Assembly: GCA_016201505.1 (NCBI GenBank)
Contig: JACQCQ010000013.1
Span: 5,285-69,284 of the forward strand
Length of the DNA: 64,000 nucleotides
Reading direction: 5' to 3'
Source: Candidatus Sungiibacteriota bacterium
GTDB lineage: Bacteria > Patescibacteriota > Minisyncoccia > Sungbacterales > JACQCQ01
Made by a program: the position numbers and the translations under genes. Shown here piece after piece: positions 18,164-26,674 of the stretch. The notes beneath the pieces are model-generated. The model was not told where the DNA came from. It saw only the letters and a program-made list of their open reading frames with translations, and did not search any database. How positions within the stretch are numbered: the first letter of the stretch is position 1; each line of letters starts with the position of its first letter.

Positions 18164-19222
18164 TTAAGATTGCTTAAAATACTCATTCAACTGATTGACA
18201 AATTCCTTTGTGTCTAAAAAATAATTTGGGTATGCTTTCCTTAACTCTTTTGCTGTGTCTGCAGATACAAGCACTATATCCCTATCTTCTTTATTTTTTA
18301 ACATCCTCTCTTCAAGCTTTGAGTATTCTGAGTTTGCAAATTCTTCTTGAGATTTTTTAAAAGCTGAAATTTTCAATTCTCTTGTTGTGAGGTCTAGGTT
18401 TAGAAGATAGAAATCAAATTTATCTTTAGCCTCTTTCTCAAAGTTCTCGATTATTTTATGAATTCTCGCCCACTCGTTCATTTTTTTAACAACTTTTAAT
18501 TGTCTCGCCAATGCCTGGACTTGTTCTCGTAACTCGGCTTTATCGGTGGGTGTATTCGGCACCGAGGGCGTGTTTTCCATATTCGCAAATGCAGAGCTAA
18601 CCAATCTGAAGAAATCCATCCACTCTTTTTGACCTTCGTTTGATTTAATTGCTTGTCTAGTAAAATGGTCAACTGTTTCAACGGCTGTAGCCCAATAGTG
18701 CTGTAAATATGTTCTTATTTGTATTTCAATTAGTAGTCCATCATATGCATTACTTTTATCGCTGTAATATTTATAAACAAAATGGAAACTTCTATATCCG
18801 TCAGGTTTTGGATTCGTTATATAATCTTTCTTATTTGATAATTTATGTTTCAGGCCCCTGCTTTTTTCGTAAAGTCCAACAAGTTCATTAACTTTCTGAA
18901 GGTTTGGCAAAACCGATCTGCAGCCGCCAACATCTTGCATTCTTGACATCTTCATTTTGCTAGTCTGATCACGCTTGAGCTTCTTAATTATTGATGAGAC
19001 GCGCTTGAGCCGCCGCGTAACTATTGCCGATGAATCAACTCGTTTTGAAATTCGTTTTAGTCTCACGGCAAACGTATGCAGTGGAAAACTATGAGATGAA
19101 CGCCAATTAGTCAAGATATCGAGAGCATTGCTTATTTCTTCGGACGAGCTACTCGAAGAAATAAGCACATCTCCCGCTTTATTTACCTGATTCTTCGAAA
19201 AATTTAATTTGGTCCATCCCAT
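18164..19222 (-). CDS. RelA/SpoT-domain nucleotide pyrophosphokinase (toxSAS-like) with a ~150-aa C-terminal helical extension; candidate CapRel-type fused toxin-antitoxin
   Basis: RelA/SpoT synthetase motifs: ISNALDILTNWRSSHSFPL, RLKRISKRVDSSAIVTRRLKR, MQDVGGCRSVL (DxxGxR), PKPDGYRSFHFV, EIQIRTYLQHYWATAVE. 352 aa, versus ~210 aa for housekeeping SAS. Confidence 0.7.
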   Translation of the reverse strand: MGWTKLNFSKNQVNKAGDVLISSSSSSEEISNALDILTNWRSSHSFPLHTFAVRLKRISKRVDSSAIVTRRLKRVSSIIKKLKRDQTSKMKMSRMQDVGGCRSVLPNLQKVNELVGLYEKSRGLKHKLSNKKDYITNPKPDGYRSFHFVYKYYSDKSNAYDGLLIEIQIRTYLQHYWATAVETVDHFTRQAIKSNEGQKEWMDFFRLVSSAFANMENTPSVPNTPTDKAELREQVQALARQLKVVKKMNEWARIHKIIENFEKEAKDKFDFYLLNLDLTTRELKISAFKKSQEEFANSEYSKLEERMLKNKEDRDIVLVSADTAKELRKAYPNYFLDTKEFVNQLNEYFKQS

Positions 19223-19261
19223 AACATTACTTTATTTTCCAGTTTTAATTCGGTTAGCTTT

Positions 19262-20431
19262 TTACCGATTTCCTTTTGCTCGATTGTGGGTCTTGCACAA
19301 CATCTCACAATTTTTCGTTGAAGTAGCACCACCCTTACTCCACGCTGATACATGATCTGCTTCCATTTCGCTAAAACTCCAAACCTTGCTCTTATTGGCG
19401 TCATGTCCTATCGCGCAATGTGAACAATTTGATTTCTCTTTAGTTTCCGCCTCACTTGTTTGTTTCGCGTAGACAGATCTCTTGGTCGCCTCATCAAAAA
19501 TTCGGACATCTAGCAATTTCGTATCAACTGAGCCGCCGAAAATATATTCAAAAATACCTTTTCGGTTTTTTACATACGGATCGCTATAAAGTTTTTGCAC
19601 CGCCTTTGAAATTTTAGCTGGGTCGTAAGACTTCTTGTGATACTCCTCATACAAGCGCCCCCACTCTAGGCCGCACATCTCGCTCTCTACATCTGTAAAT
19701 ACACTCGAAACCCAATCAATCACGCTATTGAAATATGTTTTTAGCTCTTTAATGTTTGTATCTTTGCGGTGACGACTCATGTAATCGTCAATATTCCCCT
19801 TACTTACCCAATCTAGCGCTCTCTCAAAAAATGCCTGTCGAGCCGCACTACCCTTTATGTATACGCTCCATTTTTGGATATTGGCATTTTGACTATTACT
19901 AAACTCCTCCTTGCCGAGCGTAACGAATGGCCCAGAATAGATAGCATTTAACAACTCTTGTGGAACGAGAGGTACTCCAGCGATATTTATAGTTTTGAAC
20001 CACTCCTTTATTTCACTTTCTGCGCCCTCGCATTCGTAAATAAGCAAAGGAGTTTTCAAAATTCTACTCTGCTTGTCTTTTGCCATGCCGCTAAAATATT
20101 GTTCCATTCCATTTTCGTCTTTTATGGCAAACTTGTCAGTTACAAACCGTCCGAGACTAGTGATGCGTTGTTGGCCGTCTAAAACTTCTAGATTGTCGGC
20201 AGAAACTTTATTGAAATAAATTAATCCTATCGGGTATTCTTTGAGGACTGATTCAATAACAGCTATTTCTCTTTTACCGCCATCAGACGCATAAATATAA
20301 TTTCGCTGGTACTCCGGCTGAATGGTGAGTTTGCCAGACAAACCAAATAAACCCTTGCCCTCGAGTTGGTTATAGATAAATCCATCGCAGATCTCTTTGA
20401 CAGTTATATTAGTTTTTAAAATTGTCTTCAT
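19262..20431 (-). CDS. DUF262 (ParB/GmrS-like NTPase) fused to a C-terminal HNH/His-Me finger nuclease; GmrSD-family type IV-like restriction endonuclease
   Basis: [15 protein letters not shown] motif. C-terminal CSHCAIGH...[11 protein letters not shown]...[18 protein letters not shown] motif. Confidence 0.75.
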   Translation of the reverse strand: MKTILKTNITVKEICDGFIYNQLEGKGLFGLSGKLTIQPEYQRNYIYASDGGKREIAVIESVLKEYPIGLIYFNKVSADNLEVLDGQQRITSLGRFVTDKFAIKDENGMEQYFSGMAKDKQSRILKTPLLIYECEGAESEIKEWFKTINIAGVPLVPQELLNAIYSGPFVTLGKEEFSNSQNANIQKWSVYIKGSAARQAFFERALDWVSKGNIDDYMSRHRKDTNIKELKTYFNSVIDWVSSVFTDVESEMCGLEWGRLYEEYHKKSYDPAKISKAVQKLYSDPYVKNRKGIFEYIFGGSVDTKLLDVRIFDEATKRSVYAKQTSEAETKEKSNCSHCAIGHDANKSKVWSFSEMEADHVSAWSKGGATSTKNCEMLCKTHNRAKGNR

Positions 20432-20432
20432 A

Positions 20433-21647
20433 CTATTTTTTCTTATGTCTTATAAAAATTCTTTGGTAAGCAGACTGGACGATTCGACCTTCTTTGTTAA
20501 TAAAGTAGTTCTTTTTTTCATCATTTCCAACTAAATTAGCATTTTCATTTGTCTTTCCTCCAGATGATCCTGTTTTCATGCCATCCTGCCTTACCTCCCA
20601 ATAATCATAATAATTTTTTGTGTCAGGAACCTCATCATGGCACCCTCTTTGGGTCGCTCCTAAAATTTCAAACTGGTCCGGATTATATTTATTCAAAAAA
20701 CTAATCGGCACGCCCATCACACCTTTATAGTCGCTGGGAATATTTTTCACTAATGACACTTCTATTACATCATAATTGTCATACTTTTCGAATGGTTTTT
20801 TTGTTACAAACTTTATAACATCAGATTTAGTCATTAGCGGTAGTGACTGATGTCTGCGCCCATGGTCAAGATTCGTAAACCATAAGCAACCTTTCACAAA
20901 TAAAAATTTCTTTCCTTCCTCTATTTTTGAATTTGCGACATTTTCTCTTATCGGGTAATCGTCTGGTACTTGGAACCACTTATTTCGCCCGTCCATTGTG
21001 ACTCCTAGCCACAACTTATTATTCTTGATGAGTGGAAAAATTTCTTTATAAGTAATCGCATTTAAATTACCGATAATGATAAAATTTCTATTGTAATCAA
21101 AAAGCTGCTTAATATATGGTCGAAACAAGCTGAATGGTGGATTTGTTACTACAATGTCTGATTGTTTAAGAAGATTTATACATTCATCACCACGAAAGTC
21201 GCCATCGCCGTCTAGAGGCGTCCATTCGTTGTGTTTGTTTGCCTTTAACTGCTTGGCAACATCTTTCAAATTAAACTCGCCGTCTCCGTCTATATCATGC
21301 ACTTCGTTGATAATAAATTTGTTGGCAGTCACCTTTGGACGGCCTTTTGATTTTGTGAGCGTTTTGTCATCACCAAATAATCCTAGTTGTGTGTTGGCTA
21401 CGGGCGAGGGCTTGTAGCTGGTGGTAATAAGCTGTTTCAATCCGAGCTTGTTGAAATTGAGTACAAAATAGCGAAAGAAATTGCTCTCAAACGGATCGTC
21501 GCAGTTGCAATATACTACCTTACCGCGGAATGTATTAGCATTATATTCTAAATACGCTTCAATTTCTTTTTGAATATCGTCGTACTGAGTATAAAACTCA
21601 TCACTCTTTGCTTTTTTTGCTTTGTTAAAACTACTGCTGTTTGCCAT
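20433..21647 (-). CDS. N6-adenine (or N4-cytosine) DNA methyltransferase, EcoRI-methylase-like family
   Basis: N-terminal [14 protein letters not shown] and catalytic VVTNPPFS (NPPF) motif. Confidence 0.7.
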   Translation of the reverse strand: MANSSSFNKAKKAKSDEFYTQYDDIQKEIEAYLEYNANTFRGKVVYCNCDDPFESNFFRYFVLNFNKLGLKQLITTSYKPSPVANTQLGLFGDDKTLTKSKGRPKVTANKFIINEVHDIDGDGEFNLKDVAKQLKANKHNEWTPLDGDGDFRGDECINLLKQSDIVVTNPPFSLFRPYIKQLFDYNRNFIIIGNLNAITYKEIFPLIKNNKLWLGVTMDGRNKWFQVPDDYPIRENVANSKIEEGKKFLFVKGCLWFTNLDHGRRHQSLPLMTKSDVIKFVTKKPFEKYDNYDVIEVSLVKNIPSDYKGVMGVPISFLNKYNPDQFEILGATQRGCHDEVPDTKNYYDYWEVRQDGMKTGSSGGKTNENANLVGNDEKKNYFINKEGRIVQSAYQRIFIRHKKK

Positions 21648-21649
21648 AA

Positions 21650-21865
21650 CTATTTCTGTATTAAATCATCAACGCCAACATTCAATGCCTTTGCAATTTT
21701 AGACATCGTTTCAATGGTCGGATTGATGTTTGCTCCCGATTCAATCTTAATGATTGTATTGTAGGTAACATCAGCAAGTTTCGAGAGCTTATCTTGCGAA
21801 ATACCGAGTTTGTTTCGGTATTTTTTGATATTATCAGCAATTTTTGAGTTGTTGCTTGCGCTCAT
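21650..21865 (-). CDS. XRE/Cro-type HTH regulator (RM controller C-protein-like)
   Basis: 71 aa with KKYRNKLGISQDKLSKLADVTYNTIIKIESG. First gene of the minus-strand cassette. Confidence 0.7.
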   Translation of the reverse strand: MSASNNSKIADNIKKYRNKLGISQDKLSKLADVTYNTIIKIESGANINPTIETMSKIAKALNVGVDDLIQK

Positions 21866-21997
21866 AGTAATATAATACTATAATCAAAGTAATGGCGATT
21901 AAAATTGATTATTATATTACTATGGTATCAAAAAATAACGAATTAGTAAATCTCAAAGGGAGCTCCTTAGCCTTTTCCGCGCACGGGTGGTGGGGCA

Positions 21998-22203
21998 AGG
22001 AAAAGAAATTAGCCGCCGCCAAAAATTCCGTCCGTCCCCGCAAGAACACGGCGGAAGGGGGGTGTGGGGGGAATTCCGCCGTGTTCTTGCAAAAAATAGA
22101 GGCCAGCCCCGCCGCCTTGCTTTGACAAGCAAGGCGGCGGGGCGGCTTCATTCGTCGGGGGTTTCCCGAAAATGCGTTCGGATTTCGTTCAGGGTATGGA
22201 GCC
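21998..22203. repeat. GC-rich repeat R1 copy B (inverted relative to copy A)
   Basis: Reverse complement matches 17841-17925 plus 18033-18155. Confidence 0.75.
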
Positions 22204-22337
22204 AAATTGGATGATACGAGTTCACCGCCTCGTCCCTCGACTTTGCTCGGGACTCGGCGGGCAAATCGGCAAGAATTTTCCACGACTTTTTGGGTTCAAA
22301 ACAAATCGCTTGCGGGCGCAAAACGTGGTTCGCCGCG
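22198..22337. repeat. Inverted repeat IR2, left copy (~140 bp, ~96% identical to the reverse complement of 23804-23940)
   Basis: Alignment done by eye. The ORF-track peptides share MIRVHRLVPRLCSGLGGQIGKNFPRLFGFK on opposite strands. Confidence 0.75.
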
Positions 22338-22451
22338 CGAAGCGCGGAGTAAATGGAAATTTACAGCCAATTCTTTTTCTTCCGCCTTCGGCGGAAAGCA
22401 AAGCGATAATTTTTAGCCCAAAAGCGATAGTTCAATAAATTCACTACAAGT

Positions 22452-24011
22452 ATGAAATACTTTTTATACATCAGAAAATCAACGGACGAGGACGATAGAC
22501 AAGTTTTGTCGCTGGAAGCACAGGAGACGGAACTGAAGGAATTTGCCTTGCGGGAAAATCTTTTTATCGCCGCGACTTTCCGCGAATCGCAAACCGCCAA
22601 AGAGCCAGGCAGACCGATTTTCAACGACATGCTCAAACGAATGGAACGCGGCGAAGCCGAGGGGATTTTAGCGTGGCACCCCGATAGATTGGCGAGAAAC
22701 AGCATAGACGGCGGACGGATAATTTTCTTGATTGATACTGGAAAAATCAAAGCGCTAAAATCCCCGACATTCTGGTTTGAGCCGACCCCGCAAGGCAAAT
22801 TCATGTTGAATATCGCTTTTGGGCAGTCCAAATACTTTGTGGATAATCTTTCAGAGAATACCAAACGAGGGTTGCGTCAAAAATTGCGCCGAGGCGAATT
22901 GCCAGGCTACGCGCCACTTGGCTATTTGAATGACTTGCTAAAGCACACGATGTATAAAGACCCCGAAAGATTTCGCCTCGTTCGCAAGCTTTTTGAATTA
23001 TACGCAACCGGAAATTATTCTCTGAAAGATTTGCGGAAGTTGATAACTTCCGCCGGATTGTTGAGCCGCAAAGGAAATATGCTTTCCGTCTCCAATATCC
23101 AAAGTATACTCTCTACCTCATTTTATTACGGCGTATTCAAATACAACGGCGAACTTTATGACGGAAAGCATGAGCCAATGATTGCAAAGAAACTTTTTGA
23201 AGCGTGCCAAAAAGTGATGGCGGATCGTTCGCGCCCGAAAAAGCCGAGCCAAAAAGAATATCCGTTTAGAAATTTGCTCAAATGCGGCGAATGCGGATGC
23301 GCCATCACTTCTGAAACGCAAAAGGGGCATAACTATTATCGCTGTACGAAAAAGAAAGACAAACAATGTTCGCAAAAATATATCCGGGAGGAAGTTTTGG
23401 CACGCCAGATTTTGGACGAGATTCAAAAAGTTTCTTTGCCTCCCGCTTGGGCGGAATGGATGCTTACGGAATTGAACAAGGAAGAAGCGGAAGCCGCCCA
23501 AGCGGGTGTCGTTTTCGCTCAAAATCTCAAGGACAAAATAAAAGAGCTTGAAGGAAAGCTCGACCTGCTTTTAGACGCTCATTTGGACGGCACGATTTCG
23601 CGCGAGGAATACACCGCCAAGAAAGAAAAATTCATCACCGAAAAGGCCGAGCTTTCCGAAAAATTGAAGGATTTTGAGCGAAGCGGCAATCATTGGCTCG
23701 AACCGGCCCGGCAATTCATTTTAGCGGCTCTACAAGCCAAAAATATCGCTTTGCAAGAAAATCCCGTCGCGGGACGGGATTTTCTCAAAAGAATTGGCTC
23801 GAACCACGTTTTGCGCTCGCAAGCGATATGCTTTGAACCCAAAAAGTCGTGGAAAATTCTTGCCGATTTGCCCGCCGAGTCCCGAGCAAAGTCGAGGGAC
23901 GAGGCGGTGAACTCGTATCATCCAATTTGGCTCCGCGCCTTGACCGACGTTAGAACCGCCTTGATGAGCCTAACGGGCTACTCGCCGTTTACGATTGTGA
24001 GAGGATGGTAA
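22452..24011 (+). CDS. Large serine recombinase (resolvase N-terminal domain, recombinase domain, zinc ribbon, coiled coil)
   Basis: Catalytic YIRKSTDEDDRQ with the Ser nucleophile, CGECGCAITSE...YYRCTKKK zinc ribbon, 519 aa. Confidence 0.85.
   Translation: MKYFLYIRKSTDEDDRQVLSLEAQETELKEFALRENLFIAATFRESQTAKEPGRPIFNDMLKRMERGEAEGILAWHPDRLARNSIDGGRIIFLIDTGKIKALKSPTFWFEPTPQGKFMLNIAFGQSKYFVDNLSENTKRGLRQKLRRGELPGYAPLGYLNDLLKHTMYKDPERFRLVRKLFELYATGNYSLKDLRKLITSAGLLSRKGNMLSVSNIQSILSTSFYYGVFKYNGELYDGKHEPMIAKKLFEACQKVMADRSRPKKPSQKEYPFRNLLKCGECGCAITSETQKGHNYYRCTKKKDKQCSQKYIREEVLARQILDEIQKVSLPPAWAEWMLTELNKEEAEAAQAGVVFAQNLKDKIKELEGKLDLLLDAHLDGTISREEYTAKKEKFITEKAELSEKLKDFERSGNHWLEPARQFILAALQAKNIALQENPVAGRDFLKRIGSNHVLRSQAICFEPKKSWKILADLPAESRAKSRDEAVNSYHPIWLRALTDVRTALMSLTGYSPFTIVRGW
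23804..23940. repeat. Inverted repeat IR2, right copy, lying inside the 3' coding end of recombinase 1
   Basis: Reverse complement of 22198-22337. Confidence 0.75.
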
Positions 24012-24021
24012 ACAGACAATT

Positions 24022-24306
24022 TTAACTAGCGTTGGCTTTAACCAACTTTATAGCTTCGAGGGTCTCCGAAACAGCAGCAGATTTGGCATTAACAATCTTT
24101 ACTTTATCCATACCATATTTCTCATTGAGTTGAGACAATAACTCGTCGGCAAATGATGGGGAGAGAACCTCAACAGCAGAGAAATCTAACACAACATCTT
24201 CTTTGTCAGCACTCCCATTGATAATCTGAAACATTCTCAAAACAGCCTCTCTAGCCGAAGGTCTGCCATTCAGTACAGTTCCAAATTTGGATATTTGAAT
24301 AATCAC
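24022..24306 (-). CDS. STAS-fold (DUF4325-like) small protein, anti-sigma-antagonist-like
   Basis: 94 aa with VVLDFSAVEVLSPSFADELLSQL, resembling SpoIIAA/STAS. Paired with the upstream GHKL ATPase. Confidence 0.55.
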   Translation of the reverse strand: MIIQISKFGTVLNGRPSAREAVLRMFQIINGSADKEDVVLDFSAVEVLSPSFADELLSQLNEKYGMDKVKIVNAKSAAVSETLEAIKLVKANAS

Positions 24307-24314
24307 CGATGTGT

Positions 24315-25178
24315 TTAGTTATATTCTACCACTAACGAGGCTATAGTTCCTAAGGTACGCTTAGCCTGCCTACTTCTTTTACCATCCTTGTCTACCACCA
24401 CAAGACCTGCCCCCGAATGAATCCTTACACTGCCATGAAACTTATTAAGAGTCCAGTCCTGCACCACAAGCAATCCGTTACCACGCTTCTCTGGCATTCT
24501 CCCCGTAATACCGCTTAACCCCAACTCTATTGCTTCTATATCATCCTTAAGATCGGGTTTACTAAGTCTTAGCGAACCGAGGAACCCTCCCCCTGGGTCT
24601 GCCACAGAAATCTCTATGCGCTTTTTCGTGGGATAGTTTTGCGCGGTTATGATAGCTCCTCGAATCTCCGTCGGCCAGAGACCCTCGTTATGATCGAATA
24701 CATTATTCCCTAACTCTCCTACCATAGCCGTAGCTCTTGCCTCATCATCGGCATTCATCCCAAAATTTGTAAACATTTTCCTAATCCTAGACTGTAGTCT
24801 CGCATTGAAGTCATCCCGAAAAGAACAGTGGAGAATTTCATGCAGATTTGGGTTGTCCAACTCATTCATTAGAAGGTCGCTCATTGGCCTCATATCTTCT
24901 GCATACCCTAAATTAGTCATTAGTGAATCAAAGTGCATTCTTTTTAGATAGGCAAGAACATCAGGGCTGTCTGGCAATATAATCTTCTTATTCTGTAGAC
25001 TCTTATTCTCAATAGCTTTTAAGCAAACCAGCCCTATTATCCAAGGATCGCACCAAGTGCATGAACTCAAATCAATAATTTTATCTAGAAATGATTCAGT
25101 CTCCCCGATAGTCTCAAATGTGAAATCCATATCTTCTATAAATGGGCGGCTACTCGCCTCAAACCCCAAAACAATCAA
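24315..25178 (-). CDS. GHKL-family HATPase_c protein (SpoIIAB/RsbW-like kinase fold) with an N-terminal domain of unknown function
   Basis: N-box ELGNNVFDHN, G1 ADPGGGF, G2 GITGRMPEKRGNGL. Confidence 0.65.
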   Translation of the reverse strand: MIVLGFEASSRPFIEDMDFTFETIGETESFLDKIIDLSSCTWCDPWIIGLVCLKAIENKSLQNKKIILPDSPDVLAYLKRMHFDSLMTNLGYAEDMRPMSDLLMNELDNPNLHEILHCSFRDDFNARLQSRIRKMFTNFGMNADDEARATAMVGELGNNVFDHNEGLWPTEIRGAIITAQNYPTKKRIEISVADPGGGFLGSLRLSKPDLKDDIEAIELGLSGITGRMPEKRGNGLLVVQDWTLNKFHGSVRIHSGAGLVVVDKDGKRSRQAKRTLGTIASLVVEYN

Positions 25179-25261
25179 TATAGCTAATTCAATAGCATTC
25201 TATCAGTATTCCCCAAGCTGATCGAAAACATCTTCCAGATTTTGACCGCAGAGCTTAGGTT

Positions 25262-26674
25262 TTACGCCAAAATCATTCTCTCAACTCGCTTTTGCGCGTT
25301 TGCTAAAACTTCGGTCGCCTGAATGCGCAAGGTTCGCATTTTTGAGTAAGACGACCGAACACCGTCTACTATTTTTTCCTGAACTGGCATGGGCGGTAAC
25401 GGGAATTTGAATGATTTGAATTCTTCAGAGTTTATATTTGGCTGACCAGCTGGTCTCTGAATGAGATTTTTCCACAATTCATAATATCGCGTTTGAGTGA
25501 GACAAAAAACGTAATCTGGGATTGCCTTCTGCGAATTTATTTTGAAACGGATCATATAACCAGCAAAAATAGCTTTACCCACCTCGTCCTTATAGATATA
25601 CGTTTTTCCTGCGGTTGCTCCGCTTCTGGCAAACAGTAAATCGTCTTGCTGCAGAATATATCTATCTTCAATTTTCTCTGCTGTTTTCCAGCTATCCGCT
25701 CGTAATTCTCCGTCATCTTCAATATCGGTAATTCTTATATAGCGCATGTCGCGCAATGGATTGCCATCAACAGCTCTCTCGTTTGCACCATATTGTGGTG
25801 GCTCGGATAAAACTTCTTCAAGCGTGGACAAAGAGTATTTCGACTCTAAGTGTGAATAAATGGAATAATCGCGCAAGTAGATCGGGTCGAGACGATTTGT
25901 AACCTCATCACTCCAGACCTCAAATACTCGCCGTACCCCCCCCTCTGGGATTTCTATACCAAGCTCGCCAAGAACGAAGCCGTCAATCGAGGCGATGATT
26001 TTTTGGATTTCTGTTTCTTTCTTTCGTTTTTCTGCATATGCCACTCGTATTGTTTCTACTACTTCCTTTTGAATTTTGATAGACGGAATAGGAAGTTTGA
26101 CTGATCTGATTTCGTCAAGATTGATGTTTGCTTGGACAGATGGCCGAGAAAGGCGATTGGTTTGGATTTTTCCGATTTTTGAATTCAAAACTGTTGCAAT
26201 ATAGTTGTTATCATACCCGTCTTTCAAAACAATTCGGGCAAGCGCCTGATTTATATTTGCTTCGCCTATACCATCTTGAACTATTGCGACTAACCCTATC
26301 GTACCGGCCATCGAGAGTAATAAATCACCCTCTTTGAGTTGTGTTCTTTTAAGAATTCCACTATGAATCTCCGGTTTGATGTAAAGCACATCCGATAAAT
26401 CAATATGCCCATCTTCGAGATTGGTAACACGAATAAAAGGGATGCCACCTTCTTCTTTGGAGATGTAAGCATCGCCACCCGCTAAAGGCGTTGCACCACT
26501 TCCGATATAATTCGCAATTTCTCCGAGTGTTTTTACATCTTTTCTGTTCGAGATTTTTTGTTCGAACTCTGTGAAATATGGCAAATAAAAACGTGGGTCA
26601 AGTCGTTTTTCAACCTTATCGCTCCAAATCGAAAATACCTGTGTCGCTAAATTATTATTTTCTGAATTTTTCAT
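25262..26674 (-). CDS. hsdS: Type I restriction-modification specificity subunit HsdS (two target-recognition domains)
   Basis: Two repeated TRD halves with conserved linker helices (LGEIANYIGSGATP..., LEEVLSEPPQYGAN...). ORF runs to 26749; start chosen at the internal Met closest to the hsdM stop. Confidence 0.8.
   Translation of the reverse strand: MKNSENNNLATQVFSIWSDKVEKRLDPRFYLPYFTEFEQKISNRKDVKTLGEIANYIGSGATPLAGGDAYISKEEGGIPFIRVTNLEDGHIDLSDVLYIKPEIHSGILKRTQLKEGDLLLSMAGTIGLVAIVQDGIGEANINQALARIVLKDGYDNNYIATVLNSKIGKIQTNRLSRPSVQANINLDEIRSVKLPIPSIKIQKEVVETIRVAYAEKRKKETEIQKIIASIDGFVLGELGIEIPEGGVRRVFEVWSDEVTNRLDPIYLRDYSIYSHLESKYSLSTLEEVLSEPPQYGANERAVDGNPLRDMRYIRITDIEDDGELRADSWKTAEKIEDRYILQQDDLLFARSGATAGKTYIYKDEVGKAIFAGYMIRFKINSQKAIPDYVFCLTQTRYYELWKNLIQRPAGQPNINSEEFKSFKFPLPPMPVQEKIVDGVRSSYSKMRTLRIQATEVLANAQKRVERMILA

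Noticed and set aside
21912-22438. ORFs within the R1/IR2 repeats (21912..22283 -, 21987..22214 +, 22172..22438 +, 22207..22416 +) and 17840..18217
   Set aside because: They sit in GC-rich structured repeats. Identical peptides on opposite strands reflect the inverted repeat, not conserved proteins.
22361-22864. 167-aa minus-strand ORF overlapping the recombinase 1 start
   Set aside because: It is antisense to the well-supported serine recombinase N-terminus and overlaps IR2.
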